Both the position numbers and the translations under genes were made by a program. Source: Macrostomum lignano (taxonomy: Eukaryota). Taken from it: a stretch of 64,000 nucleotides of DNA. Shown piece after piece: positions 9,946-23,049 of the stretch (its first letter is position 1; the number at the start of each line of letters is the position of its first letter). Where the stretch lies: the NCBI GenBank assembly GCA_002269645.1, contig NIVC01002066.1, forward strand, positions 143,687 to 207,686, written 5' to 3'. Under the pieces are notes generated by a model. The model was given only the letters and a program-made list of their open reading frames with translations, searched no databases and was not told the origin of the DNA.

Positions 9946-12900
9946 ATGGGCAGTTGGTTCTCCAAACCAGCTCCGATCCCAACCTTCCAACCAACCTTCC
10001 TCGACAGGGAGGTAAGTTACTACGAGTAATAATCTTTCAAAGACCGAATAAAGTTCGAATCTCATTGTCAGAACTTTATTTGCGACCCTTTTTATTGTAA
10101 TACTTATGACACGTGACATGATTTTGTGATAATGCGAGATAGCAATGCTAAAATTTCAGCTATGAAGACTCACTGTCCAATTCTCTTATGAGCGTACTGA
10201 AATGCCATTCTTCCAGCTCTTCTTCTTCAGCCGGTTCAGGGAATCTACATATGCTGTAGAGACACTCTCCCAGCTGGTCATTGAAGCTGACTTCAGCCAG
10301 TTACTGCTCAAAGCAACTACGGAGCTCATGACCAAGACTGATGCAGCCGAACGAACCGTCCTCATGCTGGTCGCCGACGCTCATGAGACTCCTGTGCAGA
10401 CTGAAAAGTGCATCTGGTTCTTATTTAAGCTGGGCGCAGATCCCAAAGCGACTGACCGGTCGGGCAACACGGCCGCACACTTGGCAGCCCGGCGAGACAA
10501 CCTGCGAGTGCTTGCGCTGATTCCATTTGAAGCTAAGTGGCTGCGGAATGAGGATGGCGCCACTCCGCTGATGGAAGCCGCACGGGCTGGCAGCTGGAAA
10601 TGCACGAAGCACCTGCTGCATCTGCTGAGGCAGCTCAGGTTTAACGAGTGCTCAACGCACGGAAACTCGAAGAGGTCGCGGCTACTCGGACTGAAGGACC
10701 ACCGCGGTCGGACAGCATCGGACCTGGCCAGACTCAACGACCATTCAGAACTGGCCAACTACATTGAGCTGTACGTGAGCATTTGTAGTTAGAGTATTTG
10801 CTTTCTGCAAATTAAACATTCTCATCAGTCAATTTTTTATTTCGTACAATATTTATTTCGGGGAACTCTGTGTGTACATCTACGGCTCGTATTAGTTAAG
10901 TTGTTAAAAATATGTTCTTCTTCTAATTAACGTAATTGTATAGTAAGCCAATTTTTAATATTCGCTGTCACAGAGAAATGCGGCTGGTTTTCGATTGCAA
11001 TGGCTCCATCACAGGTCTGGATTTTGTGGTGAGTGAGTCATCTGTGTGCCCATGTGTTTACGGTGTACAATGATGCCAAAAAATGTATTTGTCTTTCAGG
11101 AAAGCTGGCTAAAGGATATGAAAAAGCTGATTGAGGATGAAAACTACTCAGCGTTGGTTCAGAAGGTGAACCGATTTAACTGTGACTTGCCTAACAGCCA
11201 GGGCAACACATTTTCGATTATGTTTATATATGTCAGTCAGCCTCGGCAGCGCAGCAATCCAGATACTACGAATCTGAATCAAGAAACATTTTTGAAGAAG
11301 CTTCTGCAGGTGAGTGATCCCACGTGTGCAAATACATACGGGATGAGTGCCTTGCATATTGCGGCCTACAAGGGCAATTCTGCGGCAGCCACCGCACTGC
11401 TGAACGCTGGAGCCAGGGCTAATGTCATGTGCTTGGAATGGACTCCCCTTATGCTAGCAGCTTGTTGCACCCAGCAAGATGCCGCAGCATCAGTTTGCTG
11501 GATTCTGCTTTGCGCAGGTTCCAATTGGAGCCTGAAGAACCGAGAAGGAAAAACTGCACTAGATTTAGCAAATGAGCAAGGAAGCCACAAGATGGCTGAG
11601 CTTCTGCGTAGGTGAGTTTCATGTTGTACCAATTTATTTTTTAACTATCGATAAATTATCAGATATATAATTTCTTTTAATTAGCTATTTGAAATTTTTA
11701 CTGTTTTCTTGAATTTTTTAGATTTCATGATATGGACTGGTGGACTGAATTACCGTACCAGACAAGAAGAGGTCAAGTCGGTACTACAGACAGTTTATCT
11801 ACCGAGAGGTTTGTCCCGTAATGTTTATTTTCTATACCTTTTGCAGAAAACGTAAAAATGTACTGCAATATCCCTCGATAATGACAATCTAAAATATTTT
11901 ATGTGACTTTTAAATTACTTCTGAAGAATAGCGATTAGACGATTAACAGACCGAAAAAAGTATATCAGAATTTATTCCATGTCATTTTTTGCAATTTCAA
12001 AACACCAAGTCAATAAGTGAAAATGAAACTTCCCGGTCATAATTCAACATTAGGCCGTCCATTAATGGTATTTCAGGGTAATTAGTCTCTTGTCCCTAAA
12101 TTTCAGCTTTCGTGAAAACGATGCCTGGACTACCAGACCACAGTATCAGACTGGGAGTGGTGAATCTGGTGCCAGCTACAGCTACGAATATAGAAGACCG
12201 CCTGCCACCTACATAAGCCAAGCTTCTCGTTGCACCCCACAGTCGCTTCAAGCAGTTGATCAACATTCTGCTGTCGAGAGTGATTGCAGCTCAAATTCGA
12301 GGTTTGTGCCTGAATATCTACAATTTCGAAAGCTTTTACTAAAAACACCGGGTTTGATATTCAAAATTTTTTACCGAAGTTATTAAAATACCAAAGAATG
12401 ATGCGATCATGGGCGGCGAGAGCTTGCGGCACCGGGGGCACGTGCCCCCCCCCCGAAAATGAGTCCACATGGTAATTTTTAGTGCTTTTTCTGACTTTAG
12501 GTCCTAATTAGCAGCTTATAAAGGTATCTGTGCCCCCTTGCTCTGTGCCCAGTGCCCCCCTCAAATATTAGGCTCCGCCGCCCCTGGATGCGATTTATAT
12601 TTTAAAATATTCAACAAGCCTGCACAAATTGTCGCACTGCTTTTTACAGGTTTGCTAAACTATCTACCTAAGCCCTTAATTTCAACTGTATTGCAGTCGC
12701 AGCGACGAATTTTATCCGGTGACAAATCCTCAAGGACTGTGCGTTATCATTAACATCAGCAAGTTCGAATCCAGCAGCGAGGGGGAGCGTAAAGGCTCGC
12801 AGTTTGACGTGGAACGAGTCAGTGAGCTCTTCAGCAAACTGGGATTCATCATTGACGTACGCGAGGATCTGACTGCTGATGAGATCGAAAACTACTTAGA

Positions 12901-13533
12901 TTGTGTAAGAATTTGGAAAGAACTGGAACGCCATGGCGCTTTTGTCTGCTTCCTTATGACTCACGGTCGCGAGGACTGCATCGTCGGTAGCGATGGGAAG
13001 CCCTGCAAGATTTTCGATCTCACGAGAAAGTTTCAGGTGATTTATTTGCACTTGATCCGAACACTCAAAAGAACTCATTGCAACGCTGTACCATTTGCAA
13101 AAACCTGTTTCAGCCGAAATAATGCAGCAGTCTGGCTGGCAAGCCAAAAATTTTCTTCGTCCAGGCCTGCCGTGGCCTCGAAAAAGACGAATTGTTGGTG
13201 AAAAGAGAAACAATCGACAATGCAGGTGGTCGATTCGAGGGAACTTCGGTTCTCTATCCTTCTAACAGTGACTTTCTGATTTTTTACGCCACCCCCCGCG
13301 GTCAGGTTGCGTTTAGAGATGAAAACACCGGCTCATACTTCATTCAAACAGTGTGCGAACTAATTGAAAAGTACTACCAGACAGAAGACTTGATGAGCAT
13401 CATGGTTCGAGTTAACAAGCGCATGGCGAAGGAGCCTTACAGGGATGGCGACCAGTATTTTCATGTGGTGGGTGAAATTACTGGGCACCCAACTCGCAAG
13501 ATCTCCCTCGATCCAAGCAGAGCATGCGATTAA
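9946..13533 (+). CDS. Ankyrin-repeat-caspase (peptidase C14) fusion with predicted N-myristoylation; in-frame TAA in the last exon
   Basis: Phase-consistent exons 9946-10011, 10217-10770, 10974-11028, 11100-11611, 11722-11808, 12107-12301, 12697-13036 and 13114-13533 (742 aa if read through). Starts MGSWFSK. Ankyrin motifs GNTAAHLAA, GATPLMEAA, GMSALHIAA and WTPLMLAA. Caspase motifs GLCVIIN, FLMTHG (His 12962), KPKIFFVQACRG (Cys 13168) and SDFLIFYAT...GSYFIQ. TAA at 13120-13122. Confidence 0.85.
12408..12586. mobile_element. hAT-like MITE (179 bp) in a caspase-gene intron
   Basis: TIRs CATGGGCGGCG / CGCCGCCCCTG; 8-bp TSD GATGCGAT at 12400-12407 and 12587-12594. Confidence 0.85.
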
Positions 13534-14679
13534 TAAAGACGAACCTGCTCACCATAAACACGTAAACTATAACAATTGAGTGATGTCTCTGAGTTTCAGC
13601 TGATTATTGTTCTTTTTCCAGCTTTACCCAAAGAGTTTCTAAGGCATGCTAGCGTCTAACATCGTGTTTTACGGTAACTATGACTATACGTATAACTAAC
13701 TATCCATATACCTCTACGAGAATCGTAGCTGAAAAGCGGTGCCTATTTACTCCTAAAAAATTAACCCTTTTATTTAGCTACTGCAGCCAGTGACAGACTT
13801 ACGAGTATATATTATTAGTGGGCTTTTTACTATAGACCTTTCCCGCTGCTGCTAGAGAGGATGCGAGGGCAAATGATGCGGGGGTTTGAGCTTTGATGAG
13901 TTTCATCAAACACGTACCGGTCTAACTGTAGAGCAATACGATCTAGAGAGAGTCTAGAGGCTTTTGACAAGAGTGACAAAATCAAGAAATCAAGGACGTA
14001 TCTTCTTCAAATTTAGCACATATTACGGTTAGAAAATATCTATCTCTCAGTTTGCTATTTTTGAGGGCAAACAAAGCCACATATACATATATTATCGCGG
14101 GCCGCACGCATAGATGCTCATTGACTTGAAAGCCTACTAAGCCTACTACTTAAAGCTATTTGGATCTCCAGCTAGCCCTCCTTTTTATTTGTTTACCCCT
14201 ATTTTTGCTCTCGAAACCTCCCATTTCTGCATGCCTTTCAAAGTACCTACAATTTCAATTACTTGGAGCCTCGAGTTCCTGTCGTTCGGCTTATCTTTAT
14301 GACGTACTGTACGGATTGCTCAAGTTTTTTTCTGCGATTGTTTATTCAAATTGAAAATTATTTGTTTTTCTATTCTCCTACTAATTACGTACGCACGTAC
14401 AAATTATATAGATTTGCTTCCACTCCAATGTCACGTATAGCAACTAATTGTTTCTAAGAAAGGCTTGTTTTTAAGACAGGCTACACTCTAGTTGAACTAC
14501 GTATCTGGTAATGGCTATATTTAGTAGCAAGAAAAATAATACTGTCTGCCGCAAACAGAGTAAAATTTATTATCTACAATTCTCTAGTGCGAGTGAACTT
14601 CTCTTTTTAGAATTAGCATAACAGAAGTAGCAAGCCGCGGCTTTAAATGTTCTTAAAGGAGAAAGAATTATTCATAGAT

Positions 14680-14790
14680 CGGGGGTCGGCAAACTTCGGC
14701 CCGTGAAACCTCTCTAGCCTGCGAAACCCTCGGGCCCTTCGAAATTCACAATAGCAATCCGGCCCGCTCAAGGTTTGTGTCTCTTCTCAG
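14680..14790 (+). mobile_element. hAT-like MITE end remnant
   Basis: GGGGTCGGCAAACTTCGGCCC...ATCCGGCCC, the same family as 4350, 26679 and 45812. Confidence 0.45.
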
Positions 14791-15944
14791 TAGAGCAAGA
14801 GTCGAAAGTAGACGAAAGTAAGCGTCAATTTATGTTTATAAGATCTTATATTAATTAAATCGCCTGTTTAAACTGACACTTAGCTAATGGCTTAAAATAG
14901 TTTAATAGTGTGCGCGTACTCAACTCAACTATAGAATAACGAATCCTAGCTTTTGATTAAATTTAGAACTGGCGTCATGGAAAACGAAGAAAAAAACGGA
15001 AAAACAAAAAACGGTAACGGGGGACTTAGTAGAAATGTTATTGTTTTTACTAGATCATTTTTATTGTCAGTAGACTACTACGCAAGTGTATCATATTTTG
15101 TATGAATTTTGTTATACATTCATTGCATTGGCTTTTATATGTCGACAAGTGATGAATTTTGATCGATGATTTTTTCGACTGATCGTTTTTCGTCGCTACT
15201 CAAGAAATAACATAAAACCTGACCAATTCAGCATGGTAAATATATCGTTTCTAGGACTACTGCTTGCATACTCTGTTCTGTTCGGTTTTGTTCTACCAAG
15301 GACTGCTACCTGCGCCAGAGTTAAGTCGTCACACTATAGTTTGGTAAAGAATACCACTGCATTATTTCGAAATATAAGGTACTAAAACTTTAGTGCATTT
15401 CAATACATCTTAAAATAGCCTCAATAGTCTTACGGCTTGTTTAAGCTCTTACACCACCATAAAGCCAGTCGTAAAATCAGACAAACTTCAAGGAGATGAA
15501 ATGGAATGTACAAATTATGCGACAACCGATGGCACCTAAGGTTTGGCATATTTGATAAACGTATTGTGACGTACATTTTATTTTTTATGCATCAAGTTGT
15601 GATTTTTACTTGCTATATCGATGGATATATAGCTCGTACATAGCTTATATTCAATGTCCAATATTTATTCTACAAGCAATTTCGATCAAATGGTAGGCAG
15701 AGACAAATATTTTAACAAATATTATCTAATGTTAGATAAAATCAGCTAGTTCTGACTCCATGCGAATAACGGTTTATAATCAGCAGTTGTGATCATACAG
15801 ATACTCGTAAATTTTTCTTTCTGAATCGAGTCCGGTATGCATGTAGGCATGTACGTATTTACACGGCAAAGGTGGCAGGAATACAGTACTGGTAGTAGTA
15901 TATTCTGGTTATCTATGATACTATGTAATGGGTTTCGACGACGT

Positions 15945-16286
15945 TGTATTGTATTGTATTAATAATTTTAAAAAAATAATTGATTACACCTGCCCCAATT
16001 GGGTCAGATGTGCAACCGACAGCTCAGCCGCAGCTATTGCGCGGCGCATCTGAAGGCTGCGTACGGCTGTTCAGTCCAAGGACTGGGGGGTCGCCACACA
16101 CACTGTCAATTACCCAACTAATGCTGCATGGTATATGGTACGCATTTTACAGCTGGGTGAACTGAAGCAATGCTGAGTTAAGTGTCTTGCTCAAGGACAC
16201 AAATTTTTCCAGTGGAATCGGAAATCGAACCCTCGACCTTCGAGTCGTTAGTCCGACGCTCTAACCAATAGGCTACAATTCCCACT
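15945..16286 (-). mobile_element. tRNA-derived CORE-type SINE
   Basis: Minus strand: A-box-like GTAGCCTATTGG and B-box GGTTCGATTTCC, then CORE-like GTGTCCTTGAGCAAGACACTTAAC...CCCAGCTGTAAAATG, ending in an (AATAC)3 tail at 15960-15945. Confidence 0.75.
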
Positions 16287-16777
16287 ACGTTGCATACAGA
16301 CTGGTGGATCTGTGTCCAAGGCTTCTGCATTCCTACAGAAAGAGCACTACAACAAATTGCATGTTCAAATATGAGTACAATTTCTTGCCAAAATAACCCA
16401 ATTAAACATACAACATTATAGTACGATCTATAAAACCTGAGAATAAATTTGAGAATACATCGTACTTGCCTCTTTCAATTCTTTTTTCTTTATAGCTGTA
16501 TGCACAGCAAGTACACTTTTTCCAGCTTTTCTCTGCTGTACTCGCAAATACTTCGAATGGCCCAACTCCTCTTTCTCACTCCGCCTCTCTGGCACCGTTC
16601 TCTCTGCTCTTCTTTTCTATTTCTACTGTTGAATAGTGCGCACTCCCTATTCCCCTGTGCATCTCCGACTGCTAACGCAACTATCCTATTGTTTGTTCTC
16701 TCTTCTCTGTACCCGTATTTGCAATATAACACATTAACAACGACTGTTGATATTAATTAATTACTATGTTAATATTA

Positions 16778-17293
16778 GGTAGCTACTCTCATCAGCCTTT
16801 AAACTTCTCAACTCCTGACAGGTAGCTACTCTCATCAGCCTTCAAACTTCTGAGCTCCTGACAGGTAGCTATTCTCATCAGCCTTCAAACTTCTGAGCTC
16901 CTGACAGGTAGCTATTCTCATCAGCGTTCAAACTTCTGAGCTCCTGACAGGTAGCTATTCTCATCAGCGTTCAAACTTCTGAGCTCCTGACAGGTAGCTA
17001 TTCTCATCAGCCTTCAAACTTCTGAGCTCCTGACAGGTAGCTATTCTCATCAGCCTTCAAACTTCTGAGCTCCTGACAGGTAGCTATTCTCATCAGCGTT
17101 CAAACTTCTGAGCTCCTGACAGGTAGCTATTCTCATCAGCGTTCAAACTTCTGAGCTCCTGACAGGTAGCTATTCTCATCAGCGTTCAAACTTCTGAGCT
17201 CCTGACAGGTAGCTATTCTCATCAGCGTTCAAACTTCTGAGCTCCTGACAGGTAGCTACTCTCATCAGCCTTCAAACTTCTCAACTCCTGACA
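16778..17293. repeat. 43-bp minisatellite, 12 copies
   Basis: Unit GGTAGCTATTCTCATCAGC(C/G)TTCAAACTTCTGAGCTCCTGACA. Units start at 16778, 16821, 16864 and so on, with no spacers. Confidence 0.95.
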
Positions 17294-18023
17294 GTAGGCA
17301 TTTAACCTGAAATTTTGCGAAGCTTTTTTTTAGTCCAGCGATTCCCCAAGATCGATAAAACGCAGAGACACTGCAGAAATCCAGACAAGTTATTATGAAG
17401 AGTCAAGCACAGACACTGCAGTAAAACACAGAGCATTATACAATATATTGCTTTTTAGAACCAACTGAATAGTTGACAAACCATTATGAAAACAAATGGA
17501 GGCAAAGTTTGTCTAAAGGTACGACTATTGAAAGTCAGTCTAAGAAGACCTTGTCGACTTTTTTTAAATCTGCAGCTGTCGCCAAGTTCGTAGCTGCTTC
17601 TGACATAACAGACGATCGATCCTATAGTTCAAGAAAAATGAGTATTTACTATGGTAGAATCTTTTGAATGAGTGCTCCATCTATTCTGATGGAGCAGAGA
17701 GATTTTAGAAAGTTGCAACAAACCGAAAAAACCGAGCAACAAAAAATGCAAACGCGGGAGAGGAGCTTCCTACTTTTTTATTGTACGTAGCAAATGGTCT
17801 ATTCTTGGCATGCGCTGCTTCGTTTTAATGCTCTCTAACTAGGTTGACACAAAGCTATCATTTAACTCGATGAGCATGAAAACAGTAAGTTCAATTTTTC
17901 GGGCCATCCTGCAAGTTTTTACGGATATAAGATGCGGATTTCACAAGCTTATAAAGTCTGCTTTGTTTGTCATGAGAGCAGACTAGAAACACGTCTCGTT
18001 CGATTCTCACTGCTTAGTAGACG

Positions 18024-19323
18024 ATGCAAACCTTTACGTTGGTCTACGGCATCATCGCTTTGCTTCTAGCCACCTCACAGCAGGTGGACTGCGTGTTCTG
18101 TCCGCCAGGATGGCTGTTGACAGCCTCGCGCGGACTGTGCATCGGGACTTCGTCGTTCCAAGCCACTGAAGGCATTCCGGCAGCTGCGGCCGCTGATTTC
18201 TGCGGCAGAGCCGTCAGGCAGGCTGGTCTGGCGAGCACAGCAGCCGACCCGGATGTGCTTCGGTTGGGGCAGAAGCTGGCGAAGGGACGGCGACTGTGGG
18301 TTTCCGGCTGTTCGAAGGCTTCAATCAAACGGAATGTGTAAGTCTGCTGTCTGTCTGGTGGTGTTGTAGATAATAGTCTCGAGCTGCCCGGGCTCGATTC
18401 CAAGTGCAGTCATTAATTTGGGGCTAAATTGGAATCTCGACTTGAGTCTGCTCGTGCATGAAATTAATGGCCTTTCTTTAGCGCCAACCATCAAGGCACA
18501 GTGAAGTATATACATGTCTAACGATAATATATTCAGGGTCCCTGTACACCTCTGTGAAAGTGTGCCTGTTTTTATGACTGATAGTTTTGTGTGCTTGCTC
18601 AGGGGAGTCGTTGGAATGAGCAGTAATGAATCTCGCCAGTTGTGTGACAATGTCTGTTAAAGGGTGCACACAGCCCCTGTCTCTAGCTAAAAAATCTGCT
18701 GTCTATGGCTGGGTCTCGCAGTTGAGGCTCATAAGCTTTGGTCGAAAATGGGCCGGGAGCAAATGGGCCGACCCACAAGGGTTAATTTCTGCATACTTTT
18801 GCCTGAGTGTAGTGCCTGCATGTGATTTTGACGAACCTTAATTGCCTTTTGGCAGTGCCGAAAGGAATCAGAGACTCGATTAAAAATAACACTGAACAAC
18901 AGACGAATAGATAAACCGTATAACTTTTCTGAATGTTGCAGCGAAAGTCGCCAGTGCTGCGCAGTCAATCCTGATGATGGAAGCATCATGCGGACAGCTT
19001 GTTCAGAGCTGCTCCTTCCTTTGTGCTCGGCGTCACCCTTGCTGAGTCGGCAGAAGCGCTTCTACTACGATTTCAGCTACACCAACGACTACTCAATATA
19101 CTCTACAACAGTGCTTCCATTCACAAGCAGTCCTGATGCAGCAACGATTGTCATTGTGATTTTTGTCACTATATTACCGATAGTCCTTTTTGCGCTGCTT
19201 GTCTGGTGCTGCATGCGCTGCTGCTGCAAGAGTAAGACGGTTGTAAAGCCAGCGCCACCGCCAGAGCCTGAACCTGAAGTTGAGGTGATCGGCATTGTGA
19301 CTGTTCACACTGTGCGATATTAA
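18024..19323 (+). CDS. C-type-lectin-like / furin site / single-pass TM protein, copy A (231 aa)
   Basis: Exons 18024-18337 and 18942-19323 (phase 2, GTAAGT...TTGCAG). Signal peptide; CPPGW...C...FC...LAS...LWVSG...C...C...LC; SRQKR; TM IVIVIFVTILPIVLFALLVW; CCMRCCC. Confidence 0.8.
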
Positions 19324-20223
19324 CGACTGCTGGCTGCTGTACATGTACGAGTCGTACGTACTTCTATTTTTCGGTATACACTAGTATTCAGTGGATGTCT
19401 TTGCAACAAATAATCTTTAGCGACACTGCAATTGCGAGCTTAAAGGACTTAATTAATCACATTGCGCGTTTTTTTCTATGTAAGATACGTTCAAGAATAT
19501 TAGATTCATGTAAACATCTTTAATCAGCGTTACTTTCATACTCTAACAAGTTTTATTCAAATTTACTTTGTTACAGCTTTTTGAAGGAACAAATGCTTTT
19601 TTAACAAAAATTCCAACAATATACAGCTCGTACAAGGTAAACGTGTTGTTTAGTATTTTAGTTCGATATTAGTTACTCATGTTCACGAGTAGAGCAACAG
19701 ACATGCATTTTGCAAGCATGCAGGCGATTAAATTTAAAATATACTCGTATTATTATTAATTTTAACGAATGCACTTCTACTCTGTTTTCCAAAGAAATAT
19801 TTGTAAGCATGCACATTATAGCTCGCACTAAAAAGACATAAAGGTTGCAAATGCGGGAGAAAAGTGTTTTAATTTTTTAGCTCGTATTGTACGTAGCAAG
19901 TGGTCTATTCATGGCATGCGCTGCTTCATTTGAATGCTCTCTAAGCTGACTCAAAGCTCCCATTTCATTCAATGAGCACGACAACCGTCGATTCAATTTT
20001 TGGCCATCCTGCAAGTATCACGGATATATGATGCGGATTTCATTCGCTTATAAAGTTTGCTTTGTCTGTGAGCACGAAGAAAATCAATTCAATTTTCGGG
20101 GATCCTGCAAGTTTTCACGGATTTAAGATGCGGATTTCACAAGCTTATAAAGTCTACTTTGTTTTCATGAAAGCCAACAAAAAACACGTCTCGCTCGAGT
20201 CTCACTGCTAAAGCTAGTAGACG

Positions 20224-20934
20224 ATGCAAACCTTTACGCTACTCTTTAGCATCAGCGCTCTGCTTCTAGCCACCTCACAGCAGGTGGACTGCGTGTTCTG
20301 TCCGTCTGGATGGCTGTTGATAGCCTCGCGCGGACTGTGCATCGGGACTCCGTCGTTCCAAGCCACTGAAGGCATTCCGGCAGCTGCGGCCGCTGATTCC
20401 TGAGGCAGAGCCGTCAGGCAGGCTGGTCTGGCGAGCTCAGCAGCCGACCCGGATGTGCTTCAGTTGGGGCAGAAGCTAGCGAAGGGACGGCGACTGTGGG
20501 TTTCCGGCTGTTCGAATGCTTTGATCGAATGGAATGAGTAAGGCTGCTCTGCAGTATAATGCTGTTATTGAGAGTTCAGCATTTAGCACGACTGCAGACT
20601 CTCACGACTATCAGGGGTTTGATTCCCGTGTGAGCGCTAGCTGGCTCATGTTGCATGCAGAGAAAGTCGTCAGTGCTGTGCAGTCAATCCCGCTGATGGA
20701 AACATCGTGCCAACAGCTTGTTCAGAGATGCTTCTTCCTTTGTGCTTCGCCCCTCCCTTGCTAAGTCGGCAGAAGCGCCAACAGTCAGGCAGTTCTTTTG
20801 TAGGAACGGTTATCGGTGGGATTTTCGGAGTTATTGCAACGATAATTGTTTTTGCACTTCTGATCTGGTGCTGCTGCAAAGTCTGCACAAGTAATATCGT
20901 TATTCCAGAGCCTCAGCCTGACATTGAGGACTAA
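20224..20934 (+). pseudogene. Lectin-TM copy B, nonsense at codon 60
   Basis: Exons 20224-20537 and 20661-20934. TGA at 20401-20403 replaces the conserved Cys (TGC) of ADFCGR. The intron is shortened to 123 bp. Confidence 0.85.
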
Positions 20935-23049
20935 TTCTAGCTAGACTGTACACGTATACATGTATTGATACACTCAAACTTTATATATATCTGTAAAACA
21001 AAAAACCTTTGGCGCCACTACAAAGTGATAGGACGCGCACTGTGTGCACATACTAGTAATTACCGTATTTTTGCATATACGTGTAAATTAGATTTTGTAA
21101 ATCTATCAATTATTGTAATAGTGAATTTTGAACTCTGTACAAGGACAACTAAAGCAGCCTATATTATACAGGAAGCGACACTCGCGTTTCATGGGGAAAA
21201 GTTTTGAAGGCCACTTTAGATAAATATTTAGCTGGATACTACAGCTTTGCAAATAACATTTATTTATATTTGTTTACAAATTCTACACGGCTAATCGAAC
21301 CCTTAAAAGAGCTAGAAATGGAGTTGGCACGTAATTAATTTTAGATAGTAAGGCTTACCTTGTTGAAAAAATGGGTTGCGTTAAGAAAAGTGAAATAAAA
21401 AAATAAGTTAAGCCAGAGCCGCGAATGCTTTTTTCTTAAATGAGAATAAGTTTCGACGTTCTCTGCGAAAAAAAGATATTTCCACGTGCATCCTGTAATT
21501 GCCTCGCAATATTATTATCAAATCGGTTCTAAAATAAGCGAGTGAGTTATATTATAAATGAACATCTTGTTTCGCATGAGTCATATGCGTCGTATTATTC
21601 ACTTGTACGCGTAAAACCTCAAATATATATATATACCAGGTATCGCTAACCTGGCCAGTTTGGGCCCCGCGATTTGATTTTCTCGCTCAGCTTAACCCGC
21701 GGCCTTCAGACTTTACACATCCATTCAAAAGTGACATTGTTTGGAAAAGTGCATGGCCTTCAAAGCATTTTCCATAGATTTCAAGTTTTGCGTCCTTCTA
21801 TTTTAGTAGTCCTTGAATCTGTAACGAATTTAATTCAAATTTCTCCTATTACTCGTACAGTTTTTGAAAGTTCCGATTAGTAAACTTCAACGCGTCTGCT
21901 TTTTAAACAAACTGTATCCTAGTGCATAAGCAACTTTATTGCGCGTTAGTTTGCCCTTTTTATTCATTTTTCAGAGCAAAAAGTAGATTCTTTTTGAAAT
22001 ACTGCAAATTACGAGCCTCGTATCATGAAACAAAAGTATAAACGCTTCTACATATGTATTTTGTCACCAAGGAAAATTGATGAAAATTCACACTCGATGC
22101 AGTGTAAATGTTTTGAAACTGCACCTCGAGCCGGTTTCGGATTTTGTAAATGAATGGAGAGCGGCTGATGAGAGAGGAAGTATGAAGCGAGCAATTTTGG
22201 CGTTTACGAAATAATTAGTTCTGTGCTCTGTAGAGGTTTTAAAATTTACGGCTATTAATGTGAAAAAAATGAACGTACACTGTACATATTACTTACTAAT
22301 GACTGTAGCGCAAGCGCTGCGATTAGGCCGCGACGCCCAAGGTAATGAGGAAGCCACGCAAGTATTCATGCAAATACTTAGCCCCCGAGAAGGTGTTTTT
22401 AGTCGTGCCTTTTTAAATCAAGGCCAGAATTAGGTGACGTGATCCTTCGCGGTCTGATCCTCTCCTACATACATGTACATGTATGCCGCAGGGAAAGACA
22501 GATGGGAGGGATCAAACCACTGCACTTTGCGACAAGAAGATGTCTTTGGAAGAATCTAATGCCAGTTTAGACCCAACAAGGACTAAATATATAGTGGCCG
22601 GGTCTTTGTTTTGGACCTTTCATATCTCCCTAATTGAAAGGAAGGAAGAAAATAAATGGAACGAAGGAATTAGAACGAAAGGATAGAAATGAATTTGAAA
22701 AGGGACAATGTTTTGTTATTATAGTCAACCAACACACCAGCTTCTTGTATATATTGTATACACAAACGATAAAGATACTCGTAAAAATGTTAATTAATCA
22801 GCCTGGCACTCGAAAAGAGGATTGTCTTCTTATCATTTGCAAGAATATATCACAAGATTAAAACCACACTTAAAATTCGACAGAAGTCTCGAATTTGGAT
22901 TTAAGGATTTAAAAATTTTCGGTTTTAGCTAAAAGGCTTGTCTTAACAAAAATAACTATAGTTTAAAAAGCTTTGGGGAAAAATTTTTTAGGAGTGTAAA
23001 GCACTTACAATATTTTTTAAAAGTCTTATTTATCTGTATTAGATAGTTT

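Noticed and set aside
16215-16286. tRNA gene
   Set aside because: The A and B boxes are followed by a CORE domain and a tail, and there is no complete cloverleaf, so it is a SINE head. The same applies to 55640-55716.
16778-17293. CRISPR-like regular repeat
   Set aside because: Head-to-tail units without unique spacers, no cas genes, eukaryotic context. The same applies to 59348-59673.
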